A DNA stretch of 64,000 nt from Chrysomallon squamiferum (taxonomy: Eukaryota; Animalia; Mollusca): assembly GCA_012295275.1 (NCBI GenBank), contig CM022679.1, positions 1,674,001-1,738,000 on the forward strand, written 5' to 3'. The stretch's first letter is position 1, and each line of letters opens with the position of its first letter. The notes under the pieces were generated by a model. The model was not told the origin of the DNA, made no database searches, and worked only from the letters and a program-made list of their open reading frames with translations. This document shows positions 27,400 through 42,121 of this stretch, one piece after another. A program made the translations under genes and the position numbers.

Positions 27400-28050
27400 A
27401 ATGAACTTCAGTAAAGGTACTGTCGTAAAAGACTAATCGTAGAGGGTTGTCAGATTTATATATCAGTTACTGCGTATCCATAGGCTGGGCACCACGTGTG
27501 AGAAATCTTTGTGTTATATTCGATTCTACTATGACTATGAAGCACGAAGTGAATGTGACATGTCGGTCAAACTATGGGCAGCTACGGAATGTCGGTAGAA
27601 TCATTTTGTATCTGAAAAGTGAAGCCACGAAAACATTGAACAATGAACTTGTGACGTCAGGACTGGACTATTGCAATGGACTACTACTACCTGATTTGCC
27701 TTACACGTTGCTCAACAAACTACAACTGCTCTAGGATATCAGGTCACAGTTACATATCACCAGTACTGAAGGATATCCACTCTAGGATAAACTACAAGTT
27801 CCTGGTCATACGTACAACGCCTTGAACGATCGTTCCCCAGAGTACATCAAAGACACGCTAGGCGTGTAGGATCACAATATTCATTAAGATTAGTATCACC
27901 AGGAATAAGAACAACTACAAGTTTGAGTTATCCTGCAGCGAGTTTGTGGAGCTCACTCCCAAGTAACATTAGGGTGGCTGAAACAACAACTACATTCAAA
28001 ATATTACTAAAGACACGTTTATTTCAAATCCACTTTGTTAATATATAATG
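27400..28050 (+). mobile_element. 5'-truncated, degraded LINE (CR1/L2-like) reverse transcriptase 3' end
   Basis: ORF 27447-27734 reads VRNLCVIFDSTMTM...YGQLRNVGRI..YL...ATKTL...LVTSGLDYCNGLL. Downstream remnants end in FKILLKTRLF. This is typical of the C-terminal part of L2/CR1-group ORF2. Confidence 0.8.
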
Positions 28051-29026
28051 ATATCTTATTTTTCCAATTTTGAAATGTTTAAGTTAGTCTATTAATTATA
28101 CCATATGAGTTTTGAATGTGACTTGTTTATTTTTTTTATCACCAATTGAAATATGTGAGCATAATGTTTACATTCATTTAGATTTTTTTTAAATATTTTT
28201 TTAAATATTTTAGTTTATTAGTTTACACTGTAAACCACCCTTGAATTTACTTAGTTTGGAAAATATGTTATATAAATACGATACAGTAATAATTAATATA
28301 AATGTGTCTATCTATCTATCCGTTTATCTATGTATCTATCTAGCTACCTACCTATCTATCTATTTATGTACCTATTCAGTGTCTATCTGTTAGTCTCTCT
28401 ATCTAGCTTTCTATCTACCTATCTATTTATCTAGCTTTCTAGCTACCAGTTGATCTACCTATCTGATTCTCTTTCTATGTATAGATGTTTATTTGTGTCT
28501 CTGTGTGTCTGTGTTGTGGGTATGTGGGTGTGTATGCATTTATCTATACACATACACATATTCACACATAGATATATACACATACGTGGACAACAGACAC
28601 ATGTACACGTCATCTGTAAAGACACCTACACATATTATGTGTTACATAACATGTGACTATAAAAGACTGCACAAGCCGTGCCTCCTATATGTTTGGATGT
28701 ATGGATGTATGTGTACATGTATATATGTGTGTGGATGTACGTATACGTCAATGTGCATATATATGCAAATATACATGTGTATATTGTGTGTTTCTATTTA
28801 GGTATACATACAGGTGTTGGGTGTTACCCTGTTGTTGATGACCTCTGAGAAAACAGTTAGTAGAGTTTCCGTGTACAGAAAAACGGCGCCTTTCCTGCTT
28901 CAGTCATTGTTATGCTGCAAGCTTGAAAGACGACGTTTTCTTTCACTTGTTTGTGTATATATATGTTTGAAACTTTCACTCACTAAACTATTGTGTGTGT
29001 GTGTAATAAAATGTTAGTGTTTGTAT

Positions 29027-29081
<55 letters not shown>

Positions 29082-29104
29082 GAATAAATAATAGATTATT
29101 TAAA

Positions 29105-29167
<63 letters not shown>

Positions 29168-29434
29168 CGCCATTCATTACTGGATAAGTCATTAGAGAAG
29201 AATGTCACACACATATGTTGTTGTTACAGGTCCGTCAACAAATTTAAAGTGCAATGGAAGAAAATGAAAAGAAATAAAAAGAAGTCATTGAACTTATTCT
29301 TATTCATATAATTGGACAGAAGTGAAAAACAAAAACACCTTTAAAAGATACCAACATGTTTGTGATTGATCAATTATGCAAAAAAAAAAAAAAAAATCTG
29401 TAAAAGCTTTTGTCGTAAGCTGGCAGTTGAATTG

Positions 29435-31712
29435 ATCTGTACAAGCACACACACACTGACTGTGCTGTACAAGCTTTCACTCACTGTCTGACTGTGCTGT
29501 GCATACTTTCACTCACTCTGTGCTCACAAGCTTTCACTCACACTCACTGTATGTGTACAAGTAAACATTTAATCACTCTGAATGTGCTGATAAGCTTTCC
29601 CATCACCTGACTGTGCTGTGCAAGCTTTCACTCACTCTGACTGTGCTGTACAAGAGACTGTGCTGTACAAGCTTTTCACTCACTCACTGTGCTGTACAAG
29701 CTTTCTCACTCTGACTGTGTACAAGCTTTCACTCACTCTGACACTCACTGTGCTGTGCAAAGTTTTTTCACTCTCTGTGCTGTGCTTTCACAAGCTTTTC
29801 ACTGTGCTCACTCTGACTGTGCTGTGCTGTAAGCTTTCACTCACTCTGTGCTGTACAAGCTTTCACTCACTCTGACTGTGCTGTACAAGCTTTCACTCAC
29901 TCTGACTGTGCTGTACAAGCTTTTTCACTCACTCTGTCTGTGCTGTATGTTCTCTTTTTGACTCACTCTGACTGTGCTGTACAAGTTTTCACTCTGTGCT
30001 GACTTCACTGCTGTACAAGCTTTCACTCACTCTGACTGTGCTGTACAAGCTTTCACTCACTCTGACTGTGCTGTACAAGCTTTCACTCACTCTGACTGTG
30101 CTGTACAAGCTTTCACTCACTCTGACTGTGCTGTACAAGCTTTCACTCACTGTGCTGTACAAGCTTTCACTCACTCTGACTGTGCTGTACAAGTTTTCAC
30201 TCACTCTGACTGTGCTGTACAAGCTTTCACTCACTCTGACTGTGCTGTACAAGCTTTCACTCACTCTGTCTGTGCTGTACAAGCTTTCACTCACTCTGAC
30301 TGTGCTGTACAAGCTTTCACTCACTCTGTCTGTGCTGTACAAGCTTTCACTCACTCTGACTGTGCTGTACAAGCTTTCACTCACTCACTCTGTGCTGTAC
30401 AAGCTTTCACTCACTCTGACTGTGTGTGTGCTTTCACTCACTCTGACTGTGCTGTACAAGCTTTCACTCACTCTGAGCTGTACAAGTTTTCACTCACTCT
30501 GTCTGTGCTGTACAAGCTTTCACTCACTCTGACTGTGCTGTACAAGCTTTCACTCACTCTGTCTGTGCTGTACAAGCTTTCACTCACTCTGACTGTGCTG
30601 TACAAGCTTTCACTCACTCTGACTGTGCTGTACAAGCTTTCACTCACTCTAACTGTGCTGTACAAGCTTTCACTAACTCTAACTGTGCTGTACAAGCTTT
30701 CACTCACTCTGTCTGTGCTGTACAAGCTTTCACTCACTCTGTCTGTGCTGTACAAGCTTTCACTCACTCTGTCTGTGCTGTACAAGCTTTCACTCACTCC
30801 ATGCTGTACAAGCTTTCACTCTCTCTGACTGTGCTGTACAAGCTTTTACTCACTATGTGATGTACAAGCTTTCACTCACTCTGTGCTGTACGAGTTTTCA
30901 CTCACTCAGTGCTGTACAAGCTTTTACTTACTCTGTGCTGTACAAGTTTTCACTCACTCAGTGCTGTACAAGCTTTTACTCACTCTGTGCTGTACAAGTT
31001 TACACTCACTCAGTGCTGTACAAGCTTTCACTCACTCTGTCCTGTACATGCTTTTACTCACTCAGTGCTGTACAAGTTTTCACTCACTTTGTGCTGTACA
31101 AATTTTGACTCACTCTGACGGTGCTGTAGAAGTCTTCACTAACTCTGACTGTGCTGTACAAGTTTTCACTCACTTTGTGCTGTACAAGTTTCCACTTACT
31201 CTGTGCTGTACAAGCTTTTACTCACTCTGTGCTGTACAAGCTTTCACTCACTCTGTGCTGTACAAGCTTTCACTCACTCTGTGCTGTACAAGTTTTAACT
31301 CACTCTGTGCTGTACAAGCTTTCACTCACACTGTGCTGTACAAGTTTTGACTCACTCTGACTGTGCTGTAGAAGTCTTCACTCACTCTGACTGTGCTGTA
31401 CAAGCTTTCACTCACTCTGCTGCTGTACAAGCGTTCACTCACTCTGTGCTGTACAAGCTTTCACTCACTGTGTACTGTACAAGCTTTCATTCACTCCATG
31501 CTGTAGAAGCTTTCAATCACTCTGACTGTGCTGTACAACCTCTTACGCTGTGCTGTACACGGTTTCACTCACTCTGTGCTGTACAAGTTTTCACTCACTC
31601 TGACTGTGCTGTACAAGCTTTCACTCACACCGTGCTGTACAAGTTTTCACTCACTCTGACTGTGCTGTACAAGGTTTCACTCACTCTGCCATTGGTGTAC
31701 AATCTTTCACTC
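29435..31712. repeat. ~2.3-kb 24/30-bp minisatellite (CTGTGCTGTACAAGCTTTCACTCACTCTGA)
   Basis: Dozens of near-identical units. It explains the repetitive ORFs at 29618-31850. Confidence 0.95.
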
Positions 31713-31892
31713 GTTTGTTGTGTTGGCGCACGTGCGTGTGTGCGTGTGTCTGTGTGTGGGGGTATCTATGTGTCTATGTTTTATATTCACAGGCCTCACA
31801 TTTGTAAACACACCTACACATATTATTTGTTACATAACAGGTGTCTATAAATTCGGGCAGAACCCGTACCACTTGTTTACTTCATCGTCAGC

Positions 31893-32532
31893 ATGATTCG
31901 TTTTCTCCTTCTTCTGAGTCTTCCGATTTTTCCAGTGGGTAAGAAAGTGTTTCTCTGAAGCAGACCAAGCTGTAACTTACTGTAGATAGTCTGTGAATGA
32001 AAATTATTTATTTAGACGGGTAACGTTGTGAGTGACAAGACGCTGTAGTGATCCTGTCTGATCCGTATATGAAACATTTTCCAGCTCTGTCATAACTGAA
32101 CTGTTAACATGCTGAAAAGTTCAGTATATATGTATGCATATATGTATGTATGTAGATGAATATATAGTTTTTATATATATATATGTATGTTTGTATGCTT
32201 ATACCTGTATAGATGATGGATTATGATGTTAATAATGACGATTATTTATTTATTTTAGATAATCGATCGTTTGAAAGTCGTTCTATAGGAGGTAGACCTG
32301 TTGTGGAAGGGGAGAAGCCATGGCTTGTACTGCTCCAGGCTAGGGTGGTCAAAGCGATATTCCTTTGGCATCCTATATCGTATAGGATTTTTACCTGCGG
32401 TGGTTCCGTGATCAGCGACTACTGGATCCCTCACTGTCGCCCACTGCTTCGTTGCCCGGTATACAGTTCTGAGTCCACATTTTTCAGTTTGATACTAATA
32501 ATAATAATAATAATAACAATAAGAATGATAAC

Positions 32533-32615
<83 letters not shown>

Positions 32616-34279
32616 TACCACTACTACTACTACTACTATGAATAATAATAATAATAATAATAATAATGTACGTAGTAGTAGTTGTAATGGTACTACTAGA
32701 GCAGCAGTAGTGGTGGCTTTGTGGTTGTAACGGTATTGATGGTTGTAATATTAGTAATGGTAGTAGTAATGGTGGTGTTTGTAATATTAGTAGAAATAGC
32801 AGTGGTAGTAGTTGTATCAGTTGTACTAGTAGTTGTTATTTTGTTGAAGTAGTAGGGGAAGTGTACTTCTATTTAACTTGTATCTATATTAAACCTCTGA
32901 CATGTCTCAGCCTCTGATGGGTGGAAAGAATTTTGTCAAAAATGAGCGATTCCTCTGTCCACATCGAGCATTGTGTCATGTTAAAGATAGCCGAAGGTCA
33001 ACTGGCGAAATAAAAGCGATGAAAACTCGCGTTTCGCCCATGTAAATGCTACTTCTTCCTCTTTTTGTTGGTGTGTAGTGCTGGTGGGTATGCAGGTGCC
33101 TATGTAGTATATTACGTATATTACTTCAGGACATAGTCGTTGCTCATAAGGATCGATGATGTTTAATTTCACGCCGTTTTCGGAAAATTGCATACGTTTT
33201 TTTTTTCTTTTTTCTACTGGCCTATATTTTACCCAGTGAAATGTCGTCGCAGGCTTCATAATCAGAACGAAAGTAACAACACAACCGAACCTGAAAATAT
33301 GAGACGTTGTCCCAGATAGAAGAGCAAACGCTACAAGGATCCGACAGCAGCACCACCAATGTTCTTCTTACAGCTTGGATCTAGTACCAAGAAATCCGGA
33401 AAGTCGATACTTCTACAAAGCCGTAAATAGACACCAGAAACTCAAAATACCGCCAGTGATGAGTTTTTACATTCAGTTGACTTCTGATGATATAGTCAGA
33501 TATGCTGCGATCAAAAATGACGAAACGTGTTAGAAAACTTCAGCGAATATAAGTATCTGGACGATATAACTGAACAGTGAATACGCTATTTCTAATTGAT
33601 GTTTATTCCTTCCTTCCTTTTTTATCTTTCGAATCCTAGATTTAAAATACATCACTTCTGTAGTGCAGCAGTCTCAATAAGGGAAAAGATAATATATAGA
33701 AAATGGAATTTCAAAGGTTTACTCGGAATTCACTACCAGTGACAAGGGACTTAAACTGAGACTTTGTCGATATTTAAATTTGGTATATGAAACTTGCAGT
33801 GTATAAGTTAAATTTGTTTTACTTTACGAGAGCAGCCAAAATCTATGAAGCAGAAGTAGACTGATCTTCGTTGATTCCATCTGGACTGAGCAGTAAAGTT
33901 CAGAAGTTAGGGTGTCCAATACACGTACACTTCCCCTAGTAGTAATAGCAATATGTAGTACTGGTGATAGAAATGGTATTTACCGTACACAAAATTAATA
34001 TAAGAATTGTTTTTCCTAGCCCTGAGTTAAGAATATCACAATACTGGATAGCAAGACTAGGATCCGTCAAACTGAAGGTAAAAACAGAAAAATATACGAT
34101 ATTGTTTGTCTGTCTGTTTGTCCATGTGTTTATTTATGCACACACACACACACATACACACACACATACACATATATATGTTTGTAAGTATATGTTTATA
34201 CATGTTTCTGTGTCGGTATGTATTTATATATGTGTATGTATGTATGAATGTATGTATATGTGTATGCGCCTGTATGTAA

Positions 34280-34357
<78 letters not shown>

Positions 34358-37015
34358 AGAAAATAAGAAAGTGATGTTTGGCAGTCTGTGCTACAAATAT
34401 TTATTGATTAAAAATATAAACTGAAAATCATCACGTGTTAACATAGACGTTGGTGACACCATGTTAAGTGATACGGAAGTAAACGTGGGCGTATGGCTGG
34501 TCTTCGGGTTCAGCCTGGCACTAGTTTGTCACAAGCCTTTGAATGTTTTCGTAAATGAAGCAACGGAACAGGGTTATCTTGTTGAAGTGACTTCGCCTTT
34601 GGCAAGCGATGGGTGCTGCACTCTGGTTGATACCATCTCAGAAAAGAGTTAGTAGAGTTTCAGTGAACATGAAAACGACAGATAACTTGGTTCCTGTTTG
34701 CAGCATACCAGTGTCTCGGAAAGATGTTACATGACGTAGGCTTCGTATTTTGTTACACAGACGTGTCTTTCAGAGATGCAAATGGTTAAGCAACCACAAA
34801 AAGCAACAGCGTGTGGCCACAAAACAGACAAAGCAGAACACTCCAGCCTGCATAAACCAGAATACATGAACATGTATTGACAATTCCTTTCTCTAATTTT
34901 CAAGCATTATATCATGCAAAGTTATTTTTTTCCATTAGTATATAAATAAAAATACACATACACACATTTGTGTTAAAAAATATAGAAGCATATATGCGTG
35001 TCTGTGTATACAAGTATGTATGTATGGATCAGAGCATATACGTGTGTGTGTAGGATCAGTCCATATACATATGTATATATGTATCTATATATGTGAACAC
35101 GTCTATATATATGCTGTTTCCTATGTATTTGTGTTTAAAAACATGTATATTTATTTTTATTTATCTTCATTTCATTATCACCACGAAGAATGAGAACTTA
35201 GACAAAATTTTCAAATTCTTTGGAAATAGGTTAATTTATCCTACCATAGACCAGTGGGACATCAGGGTTTCAAACATTGTGATTTATCCACTCTATGATG
35301 ATAGTGAGAATTTACACTAGCTCTATATTAATTTACAAACACATCTATATACACAACTTACATGCACATCTATATTTAGATTACAGATTTCTACATTAAC
35401 TTACATCCGCCTCTATATTTTCAAAGCACATCTGTACATCACATGCATGTCTACATGTACTCACAGACACAGCTGTATTTACATACACATATTTATTTAC
35501 ATAACTGTCTACAATGAAGAAAAACTGACTTTTATTTTTTCTCCCCCCCCTACTTTTTGTGGTACCTAAATATTATAACGCATGTCAATTTGTATTATAC
35601 TCTAAAATAAATTATCAAACACTATTACTATCATTATGATTATTGTTAGTAGTGGTATTGTTCTTGTTACTATGGCAATTACCTAATCATCATATTATTA
35701 ATATTGTTTTTGTTAAATTTCCGTATCACCGTTATTATTATTATTATCACTGTTATTATTTATTTATTTATTTATTTATTTTCTAATGACAAACTGAGAT
35801 ATTTGTTATTTTTATTTTTAACTGTAACTTAGACTTTCCATTGTTGTAGTTATTTCTGTTACCGTCATTGCTGTCTGGCTCATATTGCAGAGACGAAAGT
35901 AAACGACATTGCCCTTGTGAAACTCTCCAAAAGGGTACCTTCTGGAGGTACAAACAAATACATCCGGAAAATAGACTTCCCGAGAAAAGATGAAATGTTC
36001 CTTTTTCGAACGATGTGTTCCCTCAGTGGCTGGGGATGTACCAGACCAGGTTGGTTCAGTGAATCGTTATTCTCCTTACTTTGTACAGAATTTTGATAAT
36101 GTTGAACAAATGATAAGAAAAATCAGAAGAAAAGTTCTTAAAGATGATTTCCGTTGAAAACAAAAATTATAATTTTAATAGTGTAAAATTAACGAGGTTT
36201 TTGGTGTCTTTACTATCAGTTTGGATCAAACGTGAATTAAAAAAAAAATGGTTTTCATATATTTTGGTATCTTTTTAAAAATTTCCTTAATCCAGTTTTG
36301 CTATGAAATAATAAATGAACCTCCGGTTAAGGAAAGGAAAAAGATTTCTTTAAAACAATTTTCTTTTACGTTATGAATCCATTTTTGTGAGCTTGGGAGG
36401 AATAGGCATATTTAAAAAAACATGTCCACTCTATCCCGGCTTTATTATCCCCAGTAACAACTGTAAATTAATGTCTGTATGGAATCAGGTTTATTTCCAG
36501 TATGTAAATATTACTACTGCGTTGTCTCCGTCTATCAACACGAATCATTTTTCCTAGTTTACTGAATGCTTGGAATGAAAAGTCAAACTTTGCAAAGATC
36601 ATGAATCTACACATTCATTATTATATTTCTTTATTGCTTCAATCATTCCATAATTTCAAACACACACAAAATAGTTTAGTCTTACGTAACAACATTCATA
36701 AAAAAACTCAAATATTTAATCAAAGAAGTTGCTCCGATCTCCAAACTAAAATGCACTAAAATGCAGTGAGTAAATGTACACAGATATACCAGGATATTCA
36801 CATTTGCTTTGTTTGTTTTTGTTTTTTGTTTGTTGTAGGTGGCCCTGTGTCACATTTGGCACAAACCATAGACGTTCCAATAAAACGTAGCGTCACCTGT
36901 GCTCTTTACTATGCTAAAGGAATGCGAAAAAGAATATGTGCAGGTTGCCACTTAAAACGCATTTCAGTCTGTGGGGTAAGGATGTAAACACCATACGCCA
37001 AAGACACACACACAA

Positions 37016-37050
<35 letters not shown>

Positions 37051-37683
37051 CTCTCTCTCTCTCTCGCGTACATACATTCAAACATACACACACATACACA
37101 ATTACACACACACATACACACATGCATACATTCAAAGATACACATATATATGACCACAATTACTGTTATATTGTTATAAGACTGAGTCAACTGCTACCAC
37201 ACTCATCCGGAACACTATTTTGATATTATTATAAAGATGACAGTACTGCTACCACATTCATCAGAGCCATTTCCTTTATATTAGTATAGAGATGACACTA
37301 CTGCTAACACCTTTGTTAGTGTCACTACTATTATATTATAATAATTATGATAGTACAACTGATGTCACCACTGTCATATTATTATAAAAAAAATAATACA
37401 AATCATATTAATCAGTGTCATTATTGTCATATTATTGTAAAGGTGGTCATACTACTATCATGTTAGTCACTAGTGTTATATTGTTTTAAAAATTATAATA
37501 TTACTATCACATTAATCAGTGTCACTACTGTTATATTGATTTAAGGGTGACAGCGGTGGAGGTCTGGTTTGTAGAAACAGGACGAAATACGTCTTACCTG
37601 GCACGTTATCGTTAGGATACAGACCGTCTATCTTTACAAGAGTCAGCGGCTACGTTACTTGGATACAAAGAATTATCAAATGA
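31893..37683 (+). pseudogene. S1 serine protease array copy C (A-like), +1 frameshift just before the catalytic His (pseudogene or consensus error)
   Basis: Exons 31893-31938, 32259-32458, 34020-34077, 35189-35303, 35891-36049, 36839-36975 and 37546-37683. TGGATCCCTCACT (32423-32435) has one more C than TGGATCCTCACT in copy A. The remaining exons are open, with NDIAL and GDSGG intact. Confidence 0.7.
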
Positions 37684-37807
37684 TGTCATTTCCTCTAACA
37701 TGATACCACTACACTTCATACAAATTTTAATTTAAACAAAAGAAAATAAATATCATTAAAATTGTTTCTTTATAATAAATATTTTGAAATATCATTTAAT
37801 TCATTGG

Positions 37808-38016
<209 letters not shown>

Positions 38017-38294
38017 CGCCATTCATTACTGGATAAGTCATTAGAGAAGAATGTCAGCGCTCAAATATGTTTAAACAGGTCCGTCAGAGAAATAAATAAG
38101 TAATAACAATGGAAGAAAAGGAAAAAGAACAAGAAAAAGAAGTCATTGAACTTATTCTTATTCATATAATTGGACAGAAGTGAAAAACAAAAACACCTTT
38201 AAAAAGATACCAACATGTTTGTGATTGATCAATTATTGCAAATAAAAAAGAAAAAATCTGTAAACATTTTGTCGTAAGCTGGCAGTTGAATTGA

Positions 38295-38352
<58 letters not shown>

Positions 38353-38798
38353 ACACATACATACACACACTGACACACACACACACACACAAACACACAC
38401 ATATGTATACAGTAAACATTTAGAGAGACTAACTGACTGAATGTAGGCATTCATTGTCGTCTTATACTTTTACTGGATGACGTCGTCATAGGTAAATGAT
38501 GATGCTCATACATCTCTGAACAGGTCTTAAATTTTTAAATTTAATAAAACGAAAAGGAAGAAGACGTTCTATCTACCTGTCTGTCTGGCAGTCTCTCTGA
38601 ATATATATATATATATTTCTGTGTGTGTGAGTGTATCTATGTTTTATATGTTTACAGATTCAAATACATACGCCGCACACAGCGATCTATTCAGGACATC
38701 TATAAACACACCTACAAATAATATTTGTTACATAACAAGTCACTATAAATTCCGGCACAACCCGTACCACGTCACTTGTTTACTTCATTATCGTCAGC

Positions 38799-39462
38799 AT
38801 GATTCGTTTTCTCCTTCTTCTGAGTCTTCCGATTTTTCCAGTGGGTAAGAAAGTGTTTCTCTGAAGCAGACCAAGCTGTAACTTACTGTAGATAGTCTGT
38901 GAACGAAAACTATTTATTTAGACGGGTAACGTTGTGAGTGACAAGAAACTGTTGTGATCCTAACTGATCGATATATGAAAATTTCTCCAGCTCTGTGATA
39001 AGTGAACTGTTAGCGTTGAGAAAGGTTCAGTATATTTGTATGAACATATCTATGTATGTATGTGTATATATGTATGTATATGAATATGTGTCTGTTTATA
39101 TACGTATATATAGTTTTGTACATATGTATGTATGTGTATGTATATGTGTATGTAGGTATTTTTGTTTGTACAGATGATGCTAATAATGCTAATGGCTACT
39201 TATGTATTCATTTAAGAGAATCGATCGTTTGAAAGTCGTGCTATAGGAGGCAGACCTACTGTGAAAGGCGAGAAGCCATGGCTTGTACTCCTCCAGGCTA
39301 AAATTCTCCAAGCGAGATTCCTTTGGCGTCCTATAGCATCTCTGCACGTTTCCTGTAGTGGTTCCGTGATCAGCGACTACTGGATCCTCACCGCCGCCCA
39401 CTGTTTCAGACACGTGTATGCAGATCTAAGTCACATTTGTCAGTTTGATACATAATAATAAC

Positions 39463-39534
<72 letters not shown>

Positions 39535-41129
39535 GTACGTAGTAGTAGTGGTAATAGTAGTACTAGAGGAGCAGTAGTGGTGCTGGTGTGGTTGTAATGG
39601 TATTGATGGTTGTAGTACTGGTAATGGTAGTAGTAATGCTGGAGTTTGGGATAGTCGTAGAAACAGTACTATTAGTACTAGTCGTTATGGTAGTTGTAGT
39701 GGTGGTGGTGGTGGTAATGCTGATACTAGTAGCAGCTGTAGTAATAGTAGTTATAGTAGTTGTAGTAGTAGTAGTTATGGTAGCTGTAATAGTAGGGGAA
39801 GTGTACTTCTATTTAACTTGTATCTATATTAAACCTCTGACATGTCTCAGCCTCTGATGGGTGGAAAGAATTTTGTCAAAACTGAGTGATTCCTCTGTCC
39901 ACATCGAGCATTGTGTCATGTTAAAGATAGCCGAAGATCAGCCGAGGAGATAAAGACGATGAAAAATCGTGTTTCGCTCTTAAAAATGTAACTTTTTACT
40001 AATTTTTTAAATGTCTAGAGCTGTTGGGTATAATATTTGTAGGTTAGAACTCAGCCTTTCCTCGTTAGGATCGATGATGCTGAATTTGACGTCGCTTCTG
40101 GAAAACTACATACGGCGATGTTATTGTGTCTCGTGCCCTTTACTGAACCAGCAGACCGTCCCTGTATGAAACCACCGGTCGAAATGTGGCGGGATTTAGT
40201 CCTTCAACCCCAAGGTGTGGTGTGATACTGGTTCTGCTGCTGCAGCCAGATTTGAAGTGGAAAGTTCAGACACAGCATGTGAACAGCAGAACATGTCGTC
40301 GCAGAGACTTCATAAACAGGACGAACATAACAACAAAACTGAACCTGAAAATATGAGACGTTGTCCCAGATAGAAGAGCAGTGTGCGCCACAAGGATCTG
40401 ACAGCAGCGCCACCAATGTTCTTCTTACAGCTTGGATCTAGTACCAAGAAATCCGGAAGGTCGATACTTCTGTAAATAGTCAGACACCACAACCTCAAAA
40501 TACCGCAAGACACGAGTTTTTACATTCAGTTGACTTCCAATCATATAGTCAGCCATGCTGCTATCAAAGATGATGAATCATATGTTAGAAGACTTCAGCT
40601 AATATGATTATCTGGACGATATAACTGAACAGTGAATACGCTATTTCTAACTGATGTTTATTCCTTATTTCCTTTTTTATCTTTGTAATTCTAGATTTAA
40701 AAGTACATCACTTCTACAGTGCAGTAGTCTCAATAAGGCGAAACATAATGTATAGAAAATCGAATTTGTAAAGGATACTCGGAATTCCCTATGAATCATA
40801 TAGTCTAAGACGAACCTTTCTCGACATTTTTATTTGGTCCATAAAACTTGGAGTTGATAAGTTAAACTTATATTTACTTTACGAGGGCATCAAACATATA
40901 TCAAGTGGAACTAGACTGATCTACGTTGATTCCAACTGGACTTAGCAGTAAAGTTCAGAAGTTAGGGTGTTCAATACACGTACACTTCCCCTAGTAGTAA
41001 TAGCAATATGTAGTAATGGTGGTAGTAATAGTAGTTACCGTACATAAAGTTAATATAAGAATTGTTATTCCTAGGCCTGAGTCAATGATACCACAATTCT
41101 GGACAGTAAGACTCGCCACTGTTACTAGG
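38799..41129 (+). CDS. S1 serine protease array copy D (B-like), 5' three exons; the remainder is lost in the gap
   Basis: Exons 38799-38844 (signal peptide), 39217-39415 (FESR/AIGG...TAAHC) and 41075-41129. Intron 3 is homologous to that of copy B up to the N-gap at 41916. Confidence 0.82.
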
Positions 41130-41915
41130 GTAAGATCAAAACAGTACTCGATATTGTGTGTCTGTCTGTAGGTCCATGTTTTCGTTCAGAAAATAACGAG
41201 GTGATGTTTGGGATTATATAACTTTTAGACTGGAGTTTGTAAGTGATTTCGTAAATGAAGCAACCGAACAGGGTTATCTTGTTGACGTGATATCGCACGC
41301 GGGCAAGTGATGGGTGTTGCGCTGTTGTTGATAACATCTCAGGAAAGAGTTTGTAGTGTTTCGATGTACATCAACAGGGCAGATAACGTGGTTTTGCACC
41401 TTTCCTGCTCGTAGCATTCCTATGTCTCGAAGGCGCAGGTTTTCGTAAACAGACGTATTTTTCAGAGCTGTATATGGTTAAGCAACCACTGTGTGCTATT
41501 GACTTTGGAAAAAACAACAACGTGTTGCCCCAAAATGAACCATTTTCAAAATATGGAACACAATGTTTTCATGAATATATATTGATTTTTCCTTTCTCTA
41601 ATATTTGAAATTTGCATGAAACATTGTATCATGCAAAGTTATTTTTTCCCGTTTATAAATATATGTATGTATGTAAGTGTATGTGTATATTTATACATAT
41701 ACATATGTGCGTATAAATACCAGAGCATATATACGTGAGAATGTGCGTACATAGGAGTATGTATGTATGGATGAATGCATGTACGTGGGTATCTATCAGT
41801 CAGTGCATATACATATGTATATATGTATTTATATATGTGAACCCGTCTATATGTACGCCTTTTCCTGTGTATTTGTATGTAAGAACATGCGAACATGATT
41901 CTTATTTGTATTTAT

Positions 41916-42115
41916 NNNNNNNNNNNNNNNNNNNNNNNNNNNNNNNNNNNNNNNNNNNNNNNNNNNNNNNNNNNNNNNNNNNNNNNNNNNNNNNNNNNNN
42001 NNNNNNNNNNNNNNNNNNNNNNNNNNNNNNNNNNNNNNNNNNNNNNNNNNNNNNNNNNNNNNNNNNNNNNNNNNNNNNNNNNNNNNNNNNNNNNNNNNNN
42101 NNNNNNNNNNNNNNN
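41916..42115. other. Assembly gap (200 N) hiding the 3' ends of protease D and the PKS
   Basis: Run of N. Both flanking genes are truncated at it. Confidence 0.99.
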
Positions 42116-42121
42116 TTATCA

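Noticed and set aside
29435-31712. CRISPR-like array or repetitive protein (AVQAFTHSDC)n
   Set aside because: The units are head-to-tail with no unique spacers, there are no cas genes, and the context is eukaryotic. ORFs open in several frames on both strands are a by-product of the repeat.
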